From Saprospiraceae bacterium (GTDB lineage: Bacteria > Bacteroidota > Bacteroidia > Chitinophagales > Saprospiraceae), in assembly GCA_016722285.1 (NCBI GenBank), contig JADKGI010000009.1:145403-209402 (forward strand): a stretch of 64,000 nucleotides of DNA. The letters are read 5' to 3'. A model generated the notes under the pieces. The model did no database searches. It saw only the letters and a list, made by a program, of their open reading frames with translations, and was not told where the DNA came from. Of the stretch, positions 41,780 to 53,593 are shown piece by piece; position 1 is the first letter of the stretch, and every line of letters starts with the position of its first letter. Made by a program: the position numbers and the translations under genes.

Positions 41780-44546
41780 ATGTTAAAGATGAACCTAAAA
41801 TTAATAATCCTTCATTTAGTTTTTTCGTGTTCAGTCTGTGCTTTGCAAGCACAGACCGGAATTATCAAGGGTAATGTAAAAGACGCTAAGTCGAATGATG
41901 CCATGATCGGTGCTACCGTGATGATTGATGGCACTCAATTGGGCACAATTACTGATTTTGATGGAAATTTTGTGATTCCGGAAGTAAAAGCCGGTGTTTG
42001 CAAAGTAATCATTTCTAGTATCGGATATGCTAATACTGAAATTGAATATGTAAGAGTAGAAGCATATAAATCTACTATTATCAATTCTTCACTGATAGAA
42101 AGCAGTCAGATTATTGAAGGCGTTGAAGTCACTGCTCAGAGGAAGACAGGAAGTGATGTTTCAGTCGTGTCAGAAATCAGACAACTTGCTAATATTGCGG
42201 TTGGAGTATCTTCACAACAAATTACCAAGACGCAGGACAGAGACGCATCTCAGGTTGTGAGAAGGGTACCCGGAGTATCTATCTTCGATGATAGATTCAT
42301 TGTAGTAAGAGGGCTCAATGAAAGATACAATACTGTTTTACTTAATGATATTATCACACCTTCGACAGAAGTTGATGAAGTCATTCTCATTTGATCTTAT
42401 ACCAAGTTCTGCTATCGACAGGATGATGGTTTACAAATCACCTTCTGCGGATCTTCCTGGTGATATCGCTGGGGGCGCAATAAAAATATATACAAAAACA
42501 GTACCTGATGGTGATAATGTTTCAATGGGTTTTACAATTGGTTATAGAGGAAATGCTACCGGATCAAATGTAGTGGATTATACAGGAAGCAATCTTGATG
42601 GCATTGGATTTGGAAGCAATTACAGAAATCTTCCTTCCAGTTTTCCATCTACCAAAAGTGTAATCGTTAATGCTGGTACTGAAGCAATGATAGAAAACTT
42701 CAGAAACTTAAATCCTTACTACAGTGCACAAAGCAGAACAGTCTCCCCTGACTATAGAAGTAATATTAATCTGAGTAAAAGATTTTTCATTGGAGACAAG
42801 GAACTAACCACCATATCTTATATCAACTACTCAAATACCCATACATATCAACAAGTGCTGCAAAACAGATTCCTATATGATGAGTCTGTTGCCAATACTT
42901 TTCATGACGACAATTATACTAATAATGTAAGATTGGGGGCTATGTCCAATTGGTCACTCATACTGAATCCAAGAAATAAAATAGAATTCAGAAATATATT
43001 CAATCAACTTGCAACAAAAGAGACGGTCATCAGATCAGGCGAACTGTTTGAAAACAACCTTGAAGTTTCTAACCAATCATTCAGATATGAACAGAAAAGT
43101 ATTTTATCAAGTCAACTTAGCGGTACTCATGAGTTGTCGGAAAAGACAAGGTTTAAATGGATCGGGGGATTTGGATATACCAGACGGTCAGAGCCTGATT
43201 TCAGAAGATTTTCATCATCCAGAGAATTAGGGTCAGATGGAGATTTTAAAATTGATTTGCAACAATTTGAATCCCCCACCTTACAACAAGCAGCAAGGTT
43301 CTGGTCTAATATGGATGAGTTTGTGATCACAGGAACTGCATCATTGGACAAAGTTATTGGAACTAAACATAGTGACAATGACAAAAATAAGATCTTGAAA
43401 ATGGGATTCTATTCGGAATATAAGGACAGATATTTTAAAGCCAGATGGTTTGGTATTGTCAACCCTAACAGGGTAGGGTATGCCATTACAGGTCAAAAGC
43501 CGGAAGACTTTTTCTCCAAAGACAATCTACGTGCATCAAGGGTTTTTTATTCTGAAGGAACCAATTTTGATGATAAATATACCGCTCAAAATATGCTAAA
43601 CGCAGCTTATGTAAGTTTATACCTTCCTTTTAACGATAGATTTAACGCTACCATAGGCATGAGAGGCGAGTACAACGAACAAATGTTGCAGAGTCGTGAG
43701 CGCGGTGGTGGACAAAAAGTGGATGTTGATAATGCTATCTTAAGCCCAATGCCTTCTTTGAATGCAACATACAAGATCAATGAAAAAAACCTTTTGAGAT
43801 TTGGATATGGAACTACAGTTAACAGACCTGAGTTTAGGGAATTAGCTCCATTTACATATTACGACTTTATATTTGATGTATCCAGGAGAGGTAATAAAGA
43901 CATTAAAGTAGCAACGATCCATAATTTTGATCTGCGATATGATTTTTATCCTTCAAAGGGAGAACTCATCACGTTAGGAGTTTTTCATAAGAAATTTCAT
44001 AATCCAATCGAAGCTGCTATTTTCTATAATGGAAGTACAGTAGCTTTTACCGTAGCTAACTCAGAATCAGCTACTTCGTCCGGTATCGAACTGGAAGTAA
44101 GAAAAAATATCTCCAGTAAATTAATGATTTTATTTAATGCTTCTCTTATTAACAGCAACGTTGTAGTGAGTGGACTTAGTGATTATAACAGATTCCTTCA
44201 GGGACAATCACCATACATGATTAATGCAGGACTGTTCTATTCAATTCCAGAATCTGGTATCCAGGCAAATGTTTTATATAATATAGTCGGTAAGAGAATT
44301 TATGTCATTGGAGACAATGTAATCAGCGCAAATGTTTTCGAAATGCCGAGAAATGTCCTGGATGTAAACATTTCCAAGACTATGGGAAATATAGAAATAA
44401 AAGCAGGGGCACAAGATATCCTCAATCAACCATTCAGATTGATACAGGATACCAACAGGGATAATAAAATAACTGACACCGATGGAGTATTTCAGGAATT
44501 CAGACGTGGGTCTAATTTTTACCTGAGTGTGAATTTTAAGTTTTAA
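41780..44546 (+). pseudogene. TonB-dependent receptor with CarboxypepD_reg-like domain, frame interrupted
   Basis: ORFs 41780..42394 and 42318..44546. 'IIKGNVKDAKSNDAMIGATVMIDGT', plug 'VVRRVPGVSIFDDRFIVVRGLNERYNTVLLND', then 'SFSFDLIPSSAIDRMMVYKS' in the other frame (lesion near 42377). Barrel ends 'SNFYLSVNFKF'. Confidence 0.8.
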
Positions 44547-44632
44547 TTGAAATAATGCTTCAGGATCTTCTGTCAGACTTTTTTAAGTGTAAATCAATAA
44601 TTTAATTAATAAACCATTAAAAAATTTTCAAA

Positions 44633-45952
44633 ATGAAATTCAGTTTAAAATTATTTACATTTTTAATTTTTACAGCTGGCCTGATCTTGTCTTCATGCGG
44701 AAGAGATGAGGATACAACTGATGTAATTGTTCCGGGTGAGAATTTAACCATCAAAGGCAGCATCACAACCAATACTACCTGGGCAGCAAAAAACAAATAT
44801 CTTTTAGAAGGTTTTGTTTATGTTGAAGCAGGTGCTACTCTTACAATAGAACCGGGTACAATCATAAAAGGCGATAAATCTACCAAAGCTACCCTCATCG
44901 TAAAACCAGGTGCAAAGATTATAGCCGAAGGTACAGCAAGCAAGCCCATTGTATTTACGTCAAACCAACCCAAAGGATCCAGAAATTACGGAGATTGGGG
45001 TGGTGTCATCTTACTTGGTAAAGCGAAAGTCAATAAAAACCCTGCCACCATTGAAGGGGAAAATATATCTACCTTCGGAGGAATTGATGAGAATGACAAC
45101 TCCGGTATAGTTAAGTATGTTAGAATTGAATTCGGTGGAATTGCTTTTGAGACGGATAAAGAAGTTAACGGATTGACATTCGGTGGAGTGGGTAAAGGTA
45201 CTACTATTGACTATGTTCAGGTGTCATATTCAGGTGATGATAGTTATGAATGGTTTGGGGGCAATGTAAATGCAAAGCACCTGATTGCCTTTAAAGGTCT
45301 GGATGATGACTTTGATACTGACTGGGGCTTTTCGGGCTTTGTTCAGTATGGGTTTTCATTGCGGGACCCCAAAGTAGCAGATCAATGTACATGCTCTGAT
45401 TCCAATGGTTTTGAATCTGACAATGATTCAGTCGGCTCGGATGCCACACCACAGACAAGTTGTAAATTTGCGAATACAACTATTATCATTGCAGAAGGTA
45501 CACCTGATCCCAAATTCAGGTCAGGCTATAGATTAAGAAGAAATTCTGCATTATCCGTTTATAATTCACTGGTTGTAGGCGCATATCCCAAAGGTGGATT
45601 TGAATTGGGTGATGTTGCTACTCAGGCTAATTTTGCCGCCGACAGATCAGATTTCAGAGGCTTGATAATGGCTGGAATGAGTAAAGGCATAGTCTTGGGT
45701 GATGAAGGAAAACTTAAAGAAGCAGCCAGGAAGAATTCATTTGGAGTAGATCCTGCAACTTTGGGATTAAACGCCAATTATAAGGCTGTTTCCGGAAAAC
45801 CAGGCTTATTGCCTGTAGCAGGATCAATACTTTTAAATGGAGGAGCTACGCTTCCAGCAGGTTTTGAAGCAACTAATTTTGTAGGTGCTTTCGGTACTAT
45901 CGACTGGACTGACGGTTGGGCAAACTGGGATCCACAAAATACAGACTATTAA
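44633..45952 (+). CDS. hypothetical surface lipoprotein (beta-helix-like), partner of upstream TonB receptor
   Basis: 439 aa; lipobox 'LILSSCG'; repetitive beta-strand pattern 'YVEAGATLTIEPGTIIKGDKSTKATLIVKPGAKIIAEG', 'DYVQVSYSGDDSYEWFGG'; no characterised family recognised. Confidence 0.55.
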   Translation: MKFSLKLFTFLIFTAGLILSSCGRDEDTTDVIVPGENLTIKGSITTNTTWAAKNKYLLEGFVYVEAGATLTIEPGTIIKGDKSTKATLIVKPGAKIIAEGTASKPIVFTSNQPKGSRNYGDWGGVILLGKAKVNKNPATIEGENISTFGGIDENDNSGIVKYVRIEFGGIAFETDKEVNGLTFGGVGKGTTIDYVQVSYSGDDSYEWFGGNVNAKHLIAFKGLDDDFDTDWGFSGFVQYGFSLRDPKVADQCTCSDSNGFESDNDSVGSDATPQTSCKFANTTIIIAEGTPDPKFRSGYRLRRNSALSVYNSLVVGAYPKGGFELGDVATQANFAADRSDFRGLIMAGMSKGIVLGDEGKLKEAARKNSFGVDPATLGLNANYKAVSGKPGLLPVAGSILLNGGATLPAGFEATNFVGAFGTIDWTDGWANWDPQNTDY

Positions 45953-46002
45953 TTAAAAAAATCCCTATACTGGAGAGCTTTTATTTTGTATAATTGGATG
46001 AT

Positions 46003-46033
46003 AGAGTTGGTGGAAACACCAACTCTTTTTTTT
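46003..46033 (+). terminator. rho-independent terminator after lipoprotein gene
   Basis: 10-bp perfect stem agagttggtg/caccaactct, GAAA loop, T8 run. Confidence 0.85.
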
Positions 46034-46312
46034 GTCATTGGGTTTTGACTTTAAAAATAGGTTTAATGGACATTTTTGATGCTAAAATCCTCAGGAACAC
46101 CGATAAACATTAGCTTTGGGGCAAATCAAAGATCACTAATCAAGAAAGTATTTTTACTGTAGTGGTTCTAAAACCACAAATGCTCGAATTGGATGGCAGC
46201 ACAGCAGAATAATAACCCGCAATTTTCTATTTTAATGTACATCATTCCTACTTCTAAATTTTTAAAGGAAGGATTAATCTTATTTTGTGAATTGAAGTGT
46301 TAGCAACTTGAA

Positions 46313-48793
46313 TTATCTGGTTCCCAAAGGACTTTGTCCCTTAGCCAATCTGTGAAGAAGTTTGGAAAATCTGACAGATATGGCCACAAGGTCCTTTGTT
46401 TCCAAGAGTAGGTCCAGAAAGATATTGGTATTTTTAAAACCATATTCCTTTCGGGCTATTCCTTCAACCTGGTGAGAGAGGGCATTTTCTATATTATCAA
46501 AAATTGATCTCTTACCAGCCCGCACATCATTGATATCATCATAGTTGTGCATGTCCAGTGAATTGGATATGTTGATAAGATAACTTATTACTTCAATTTC
46601 TATATTCCTAATTGTATCGATTTGATGGTCAAAAAGTGGTTTGTGTGAATTCTTTACATGAGTATCAATGGAGGTTATTATTGATCCCAGAGATTGCAAA
46701 ATATCTTGCATCATATCATTACTGAGTATATAAAGCTGGGCTGTCTGTTTTTCGGAAAGCTTTGATTTCTTAATCGCTTTAAAAAGATTATTCTTGATGT
46801 CAGAATAAAAAACTACGAGATCAAGGTATATAGTTGAAGCTTTGTTAATACTTGTTGCATCTTCATTGAGAAGGCCATTTATTGCTGCAGTATATGCTTC
46901 TCCTATTCTGGTAATACTTTCTCCGATTTTTTTAGCTGTTTTATGAAAAGCTTTATCTGTGGTGAGATCAATAGAATTCAAAACCTGTTCTGAAATTTCT
47001 TTTCTGGTTTGGGACTTCCTGTGTTTATAATTCGTGTACAAAATAGTTGATAATAAAGTAGCCAACATAAGAATTAGCCCCACTAATTTAAAATTGAGCA
47101 AAATTATCGCTACTACAGCTGCCGTAAGAAATGCAATAATAGCCGTCATAAACCATCCTACTATTACATTGATCACTCCGGCAATCCGGTAAGTTGCAGA
47201 TTCTCTACCCCAGGCTCTGTCAGCCAACGACGAGCCCATAGCCACCATAAAAGTTACGTAAGTGGTGGACAAGGGAAGTTTTAAGGATGTACCCAAAGCG
47301 ATCAGCATACTGGCAAGTGTGAGGTTGACTGAAGCACGCACCAGGTCAAATGCCGGCACTTCAGACTCTTCAGGATGAGATACAGGTATAAATTGGCTGT
47401 TTATTCTATTTTGTATGGATAAAGGGACTATATGTTTAAATCTTGAAAATAATACCATACTCTGATGTACAATAGTTCGCGACAGTGCATTCGACGAGAA
47501 CTTTTCTTCGGTCTCATTCTGTGTACCCAGTTTAACTTCCGTTTCAGTGACAGTTCTGGCTTTTTTAGAAAACCAAAGTGTGAGGACCATAATCAGACCT
47601 GACAATAACAAATACATATAGGGGGTCTGGATTGGAAATTTAAGCCCGGACATCATGTAAGTCCCCGCTGAAAGTGACCCACCTGCTGCTTCATTAGCTA
47701 CCTGAAACATTTCTACAGATTGCCATCCCGCCAGAGGAACCCCAATGAAATTTACCAAATCGTTTCCGGCAAATGCCATTGCCAAACTGAAGGTACCTGC
47801 AAATACCACCAATTTCAATGGATTGTAATGGTAGCGATACAGCACACTGAATATGATAAGCCAGAAAATGAAAAATATGGACAAAAAAGAGACAATATTC
47901 TTCTTAATAAAAATTACCACAGATTTGATATCATGGTTGCCAAAGAAGACTTCGTATTCTGTTTCACCGGTTTTGTCATTTGTTTTTTTACTAAATGAAA
48001 TGTTTTGAGTCTGAAAGTCTTTTAATACAAAACTAAGTTCCAGATTTAATGTATCAGATGATCCGGGATTGACTGATTTTATGTAATTTACCAGCTCTTT
48101 CCTGGTTAGATTTTCGGTTGAATAGGTCGATTTCAGTCCTTTATAGACCAAAAAGTAACTAAGGGCTACCATAGCCACAGATGCCCATATAACTCCTACA
48201 TACTTTAGTCTTTTTTTGTAGTGGAAGCTAAAAAGTATGCGTGATCCCCACATTACTAATGTACCAAAGAAGAAGGCAATTAAGACAGAAAGAAATATGC
48301 TGGAAATAATGGTATTGGTTTTACTCCAATTTATAAAACCTATTACCGTATTACCGGGTTCGTCGATATTGAACAGGTAGTTTAGTGGTAAATTTCCTGA
48401 CATAACCTTATAGCCAGCCACTATGATAGATGCTCCAAGCAGTTCGAATATTATTGATACAGTGGTAGATGTGGGAAGTCCTATTGTATTGAATGCATCC
48501 AGTAAAAAAATGTCCGTAAGCATAACAGAAAGAAAGATAATCATTACATTTTCGAGTGAAAAGTATTCAGGATTGAAAATGCCTTCTCTGGCTATTTCCA
48601 TCATGCCTGCAGATGAGAGTGCCCCAACAAAAATTCCTGCTGTGGCTATCCACATTATTGTACGAAAGGGAGCCACTTTAGAGCCGATAGCAGAATTGAG
48701 AAAATTTACTGCGTCATTACCTATACCCACAATCAGGTCGGATACAGCCAATATCGCCAATATGACGACTCCTATGATTATAAATAAATCCAA
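46313..48793 (-). CDS. inorganic phosphate transporter (PiT/PHO4 family) with large insertion and helical C-terminal tail
   Basis: 826 aa; two PHO4-type repeats ('GNDAVNFLNSAIGSK', 'GNDLVNFIGVPLAG'), many TM helices, ~230-aa non-membrane alpha-helical C-terminus reminiscent of PhoU/DUF47-like regulatory domains. Confidence 0.7.
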   Translation of the reverse strand: MDLFIIIGVVILAILAVSDLIVGIGNDAVNFLNSAIGSKVAPFRTIMWIATAGIFVGALSSAGMMEIAREGIFNPEYFSLENVMIIFLSVMLTDIFLLDAFNTIGLPTSTTVSIIFELLGASIIVAGYKVMSGNLPLNYLFNIDEPGNTVIGFINWSKTNTIISSIFLSVLIAFFFGTLVMWGSRILFSFHYKKRLKYVGVIWASVAMVALSYFLVYKGLKSTYSTENLTRKELVNYIKSVNPGSSDTLNLELSFVLKDFQTQNISFSKKTNDKTGETEYEVFFGNHDIKSVVIFIKKNIVSFLSIFFIFWLIIFSVLYRYHYNPLKLVVFAGTFSLAMAFAGNDLVNFIGVPLAGWQSVEMFQVANEAAGGSLSAGTYMMSGLKFPIQTPYMYLLLSGLIMVLTLWFSKKARTVTETEVKLGTQNETEEKFSSNALSRTIVHQSMVLFSRFKHIVPLSIQNRINSQFIPVSHPEESEVPAFDLVRASVNLTLASMLIALGTSLKLPLSTTYVTFMVAMGSSLADRAWGRESATYRIAGVINVIVGWFMTAIIAFLTAAVVAIILLNFKLVGLILMLATLLSTILYTNYKHRKSQTRKEISEQVLNSIDLTTDKAFHKTAKKIGESITRIGEAYTAAINGLLNEDATSINKASTIYLDLVVFYSDIKNNLFKAIKKSKLSEKQTAQLYILSNDMMQDILQSLGSIITSIDTHVKNSHKPLFDHQIDTIRNIEIEVISYLINISNSLDMHNYDDINDVRAGKRSIFDNIENALSHQVEGIARKEYGFKNTNIFLDLLLETKDLVAISVRFSKLLHRLAKGQSPLGTR

Positions 48794-49141
48794 AATGCGA
48801 CCAAATTTTATATGGTTAGGATGCTAGAATAACACAAATTTTAAAATATTACCTGACTTTCCACACTATTGAATATTAAGTTAATGTTAAGTTTTTACTG
48901 CCCGATTTTAACAGGTATCTTTTGTAAGTGTTCCACAATTAACTTAGGGTTGTATTTCTTAATATTTATGCATGAAGGTAAATTATTATGGCAAAATATT
49001 AGAGATAGCAACACAATAAAAGTCACAATATTGATTCAGGAATAATTTATTCTATTTATTAACACCATCTCTGATATCCATAAACCTTTTGTTGATTTTG
49101 TCATTTCTGTGTTATTGTTCGCTTATTGTTAGATATTACCT

Positions 49142-49149
49142 TAATTTTG
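49142..49149 (+). promoter_or_regulatory. Bacteroidota-type -7 promoter box (TAnnTTTG)
   Basis: TAATTTTG ends 4 nt before the ATG at 49154 (near-leaderless arrangement). Confidence 0.4.
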
Positions 49150-49153
49150 CGCC

Positions 49154-51070
49154 ATGATCAACGATAATTTAAGACCTGTTAGTGACTGGCTACCTATTAC
49201 AAAAAAGGAAGTGGAAGCTAGAGGTTGGGACGAACTTGATGTGATCCTGATATCAGGTGATGCATATGTCGATCATCCAACATATGGCTCAGCAGTAGTA
49301 GGCCGTATCATCGAGAGCGAAGGATTTAAGATCGCCATCATACCTCAGCCCAACTGGAAAGATGATCTGAGAGACTTTAAGAAATTGGGCAAACCAAAAT
49401 ACTTTTTTGGTGTCACGGCAGGGTGCATGGATTCAATGGTCAACCATTATACTGCAAATAAACGACTGCGATCGACGGACGGATATACACCTGGAGGGGA
49501 TGCTGGCTTCAGACCCGATTATGCGACAATCGTATATTGCAATATTCTTAAAAGTATATATCCTGAAGTACCTGTACTGATTGGAGGTATAGAAGCATCT
49601 TTGCGTCGGGTGACGCATTATGACTATTGGTCCGATAAATTGATGCCATCAATCCTGGTTGATTCTAAGGCAGATATGCTGGTCTATGGGATGGGAGAAC
49701 AACCACTGCGGCAATTATTAAAACTGGTTAAAAAAGGTGTGCCACTTACTTCGATCAAAGACGTGAATCAGATTGCTTTTCTGACAGAACAAGTACCTGA
49801 TTCGAAGAAATGGAGTACAGTATCTTTAGCGAGTCATGAAGAATGTCTAAAGGACAAGCTCAGGTATGCTGCCAATTTTAAAATAGTTGAAGTAGAATCC
49901 AATAAATGGCAAGCAAACCGTATTGTCCAGGATGTAGCCGGTAAAAAGCTTGTCATCAATCCGCCCTTTGTTACTATGACAGAGCAGGAAATGGATATGT
50001 CTTTTGACCTCCCTTATACCCGTATGCCACATCCGAAATACAATAAACGTGGCGCAATACCTTCATATGAAATGATCAAGTTCTCGATTAATATGCATAG
50101 AGGTTGTTTTGGAGGGTGCAGTTTTTGTACTATTTCTGCCCATCAGGGCAAATTTATTGCTTCCAGATCTGAAGCATCTATCATGAAGGAAGTGGATGAG
50201 ATGACAAAGCATCCTGATTTTAAAGGGTATATATCAGATATCGGTGGCCCTTCAGCAAATATGTACAAAATGAAGGGTAAAGATGAAAGTATTTGCGCCA
50301 GATGTCAGGCACCAAGCTGTATTCACCCCGTTATTTGTTCAAATCTGGATGTTTCACATAAAGCATTAACTGATATATATAAGAAAGTTGATGCTCATCC
50401 GGGAGTAAAAAAAGCATACGTAAGTTCAGGTATCCGATATGATCTATTGGTAGATGATTTTAATAAAAATAATCAGGATGGGAACCATGAAGAGTATATG
50501 GAACAATTAGTCACAAAGCATGTCTGTGGAAGGCTGAAAGTTGCCCCCGAACATACTGCTGATGCTACTCTAAAAATCATGCGAAAACCTTCTTTCAAAT
50601 ACTTTAAGAAGTTTAAAGAAAAGTTTGATGCTATTCAAACGAAGCATGGGCTTAAGCAGCCATTAATCCCATATTTTATCAGCTCACACCCGGGAACAAC
50701 TGAAGAAGACATGGCTATTCTGGCTGCTGAAACAAAAGAACTTGGCTTTAAATTGGAGCAGGTTCAAGATTTCACGCCGACACCGATGACTGTTGCAACG
50801 GTGATTTATTACTCTGGGGTGCATCCATATTCGCTCCAGCATGTTGTCACTCCGAAAACTAAAGAAGATAAGTTAACTCAAAATAATTACTTCTTTTGGT
50901 ACAAAGCCGAACTGCGAAACTGGATCAGAAGCAGGCTCAATAAACTAAACAGACCTGATCTGGTAATTCAACTGCTGGGTGAAGACAAACCTAAGCCCGG
51001 AAATACATGGCGCAAGAAGGGAAAGGCTGAATTTACTAAAAAAACAAATGGAGGAAAACCTGCCAAATAG
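49154..51070 (+). CDS. YgiQ family radical SAM protein (UPF0313)
   Basis: 638 aa; N-terminal 'LPITKKEVEARGWDELDVILISGDAYVDHPTYGSAVVGRIIE', radical-SAM cluster 'HRGCFGGCSFCTI', basic C-terminal tail. Confidence 0.85.
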   Translation: MINDNLRPVSDWLPITKKEVEARGWDELDVILISGDAYVDHPTYGSAVVGRIIESEGFKIAIIPQPNWKDDLRDFKKLGKPKYFFGVTAGCMDSMVNHYTANKRLRSTDGYTPGGDAGFRPDYATIVYCNILKSIYPEVPVLIGGIEASLRRVTHYDYWSDKLMPSILVDSKADMLVYGMGEQPLRQLLKLVKKGVPLTSIKDVNQIAFLTEQVPDSKKWSTVSLASHEECLKDKLRYAANFKIVEVESNKWQANRIVQDVAGKKLVINPPFVTMTEQEMDMSFDLPYTRMPHPKYNKRGAIPSYEMIKFSINMHRGCFGGCSFCTISAHQGKFIASRSEASIMKEVDEMTKHPDFKGYISDIGGPSANMYKMKGKDESICARCQAPSCIHPVICSNLDVSHKALTDIYKKVDAHPGVKKAYVSSGIRYDLLVDDFNKNNQDGNHEEYMEQLVTKHVCGRLKVAPEHTADATLKIMRKPSFKYFKKFKEKFDAIQTKHGLKQPLIPYFISSHPGTTEEDMAILAAETKELGFKLEQVQDFTPTPMTVATVIYYSGVHPYSLQHVVTPKTKEDKLTQNNYFFWYKAELRNWIRSRLNKLNRPDLVIQLLGEDKPKPGNTWRKKGKAEFTKKTNGGKPAK

Positions 51071-51767
51071 GTCGTTTTAGCCGTATTTTATAACTTAGAT
51101 GTGGGGATTGAATTTTTTTCCTATGTTTGCAGGAATTACTCTTTAATTCTTTTTTTCAAATTGAATATCTAATTTGATCATTGCAATGGTTCTTATTAAA
51201 GTGCAATTACAAAGTAAAGATATACCTTTATTTTAGGGGTCATGACTTTCAAGCAGAATAAATCATATCAAAATATGTATCTCTGGTTTAAGGAAATATT
51301 AGAGTATTTTTAAATTTTTGTTGCTTTATAATCAATATCTTATGAACCTGACTTCAAAATAATCGCCTCGTTTAGTTCACTAAACTTGTTAATTTTTTTA
51401 TTGTCAGAACCATAACCTATTGATTAGCAGCTAAGAAAATTTTTAAACATACTCTTTAAATATTTTAAAGATATTTTATTTTTGACTTGGAAATTGTCGT
51501 AGTTTACTCCGCATTTCGGCATAAGTTTGAGATAATTTTATTTCGCTTTTACTGACTATAAAAAGCAATTTTATTTCGTATTACTGCTAATTATAAGTAT
51601 ATTTGTTAGTTGTTGGGGATATATTTTCCTGATGTTGCGAAATAAATGAGATAAAGTTGGTATAAAATTTAGACTCACAGAAATTTTATATTTATAATAT
51701 GTATAAATCGGATGTTTAAGAACCAGACATCCGTTTTGGCAAATAAGATTGATACAATTAAAAAAGT

Positions 51768-53575
51768 ATGGCAAAAGTAATTATTTTAGGAGGTGGTGTG
51801 GCAGGTATGAGCGCTGCCCATGAATTGGCAGAAAGAGGTTTTGAAGTCGAAGTGTATGAGAGAAATGAGAAGTATGTCGGAGGCAAAGCAAGAAGTACCA
51901 ATGTTGATGGTACAAATCTGATGGATAAAAACTTGTTTTTACCTGGAGAACATGGGTTTCGGTTTTTCCCCGGATTTTACAAGCATGTTACTGATACTAT
52001 GAAACGTATCCCAACTTCAGGCGGAAAATCTGTTTTGATAACTTCAAAAACACTTATTCAGTAGAGATAGCACAAACGGGTCAAAAACCACTTATTGATG
52101 TAGTGAATTTTCCATCAAGCCTGAATGACATTAGAGTGATGATTGACACGTTTCATCAAGCCAAAAACGAGCTCACACATGAAGAAAAGGATTTTTTTGC
52201 TCATCGGGTGTGGCAACTTATGTCAAGTTGTCCGGAGAGATTTTTAAATGAGTATGAAAGCATTGGTTGGTGGGAATTCTGTAACGCGGATAATTTTAGT
52301 GATAATTATCGCCGGTTGTTGGTTGAAGGACTGACCCGATCGCTTGTTGCAGCAAAAGCGCGTAAAGCCAGTACTAAAACAGTAGGTTCTATTTTTTTAC
52401 AATTGATCTATGGTATGCTCAATTATAATACAAAAGATACTGATAGGGTACTCAATGGTCCTACTAATGATGCCTGGTTAAATCCCTGGCTGGAATATCT
52501 CACGAAGATAGGAGTCAGATATCAAAAAGGTATGCTGGCGCAAGGCTTAGAGACTTCAGGCGGCAAGATTTCCGGAGCAGTGGTGCAGGCAGTTGGAACT
52601 GAAGCGGTAACCACTGTTACGGGGGATTATTATATTATGGCGGTGCCGTTAGAGAGAGCTGCCTACCTTATTAGTAAAAATATACTTAAAATCGATCCTT
52701 CATTACAGAATATCATTGAGTTGTCACCCAATGTGGAGTGGATGAACGGTATTCAATTTTATCTGAATGAAGAAGTAAACCTGAATTATGGGCATACCAT
52801 TTACTCTAATAGCAATTGGGCTCTGACATCCATTTCTCAGATTCAGTTTTGGGATGGCTATGACCTGTCCAGGAGATATAATGGCAAAGTAAAGTCGATT
52901 TTGTCGGTTGATATTTCATCCTGGTATGCTGAAGGAAATTTTAATAATAAAAAGGCGATGGACTGCACCATTGATGAGATAAAGGAGGAAGTATGGAAAC
53001 AATTACAAATGGAACTAAATACTGATAAAAAGGAAACATTAACGGACAAAATGCGTGAATTTGTTCATCTGGATAATGATATCATGCCTAATGCCGTAGA
53101 ACCTAAAATGGGGCTTTTTAAAGAATTACTGACTGATTCTGAACATAAATACCTGCAAAAAGTAAAGGATCTGGAGCCTTTGCTTGTAAATCAAACCAAT
53201 ACATGGACCCTTAGGCCTAATGCTTTTACTAAAATTCCCAATCTTTTTCTGGCAAGTGATTACGTCAAAAACAATACCGATCTGGCTACCATGGAAGGTG
53301 CCAATGAAGCTGCACGAAGGGCAGTCAATTCAATATTGAATGCTGAAGGTAAATCAGATTATTGTACAATCTGGCCTTTGTACAATCCTGCTATGTTTGG
53401 CATGGTTCGATATTATGACAGAAAGAGATATCTCAAGGGCTTAGACTGGAGTCCTGATTTTCCAAAGATCATTAAGTTTATTACTTTTGCATGGGGATTA
53501 CTATATATGTTGAAAGGTTTTATTAGAAATTTTCTTTTTAGTAAAAAGGATGTTAGTAAGAGTAATCAGGTCTGA
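51768..53575 (+). pseudogene. FAD-dependent oxidoreductase (amine oxidase/phytoene desaturase-like fold), frame interrupted
   Basis: ORFs 51768..52064 and 52103..53575. Rossmann 'VIILGGGVAGMSAAHELAERGFEVEVYERNEKYVGGKA', 'GEHGFRFFPGFY', C-terminal FAD motif 'LFLASDYVKNNTDLATMEGANEAARRAV'. Adding one T to the T4 run at 52033-52036 gives '...GGKSVFDNFKNTYSVEIAQTGQKPLIDVVNFPSS...'. Confidence 0.7.
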
Positions 53576-53593
53576 TAACAGGATAATGTTAAA

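Noticed and set aside
51571-51774. 67-aa minus-strand ORF overlapping the start of the oxidoreductase gene
   Set aside because: Its composition is low-complexity Ile/Asn/Tyr-rich, it lies inside a repeat-bearing leader region, and it has no motif.
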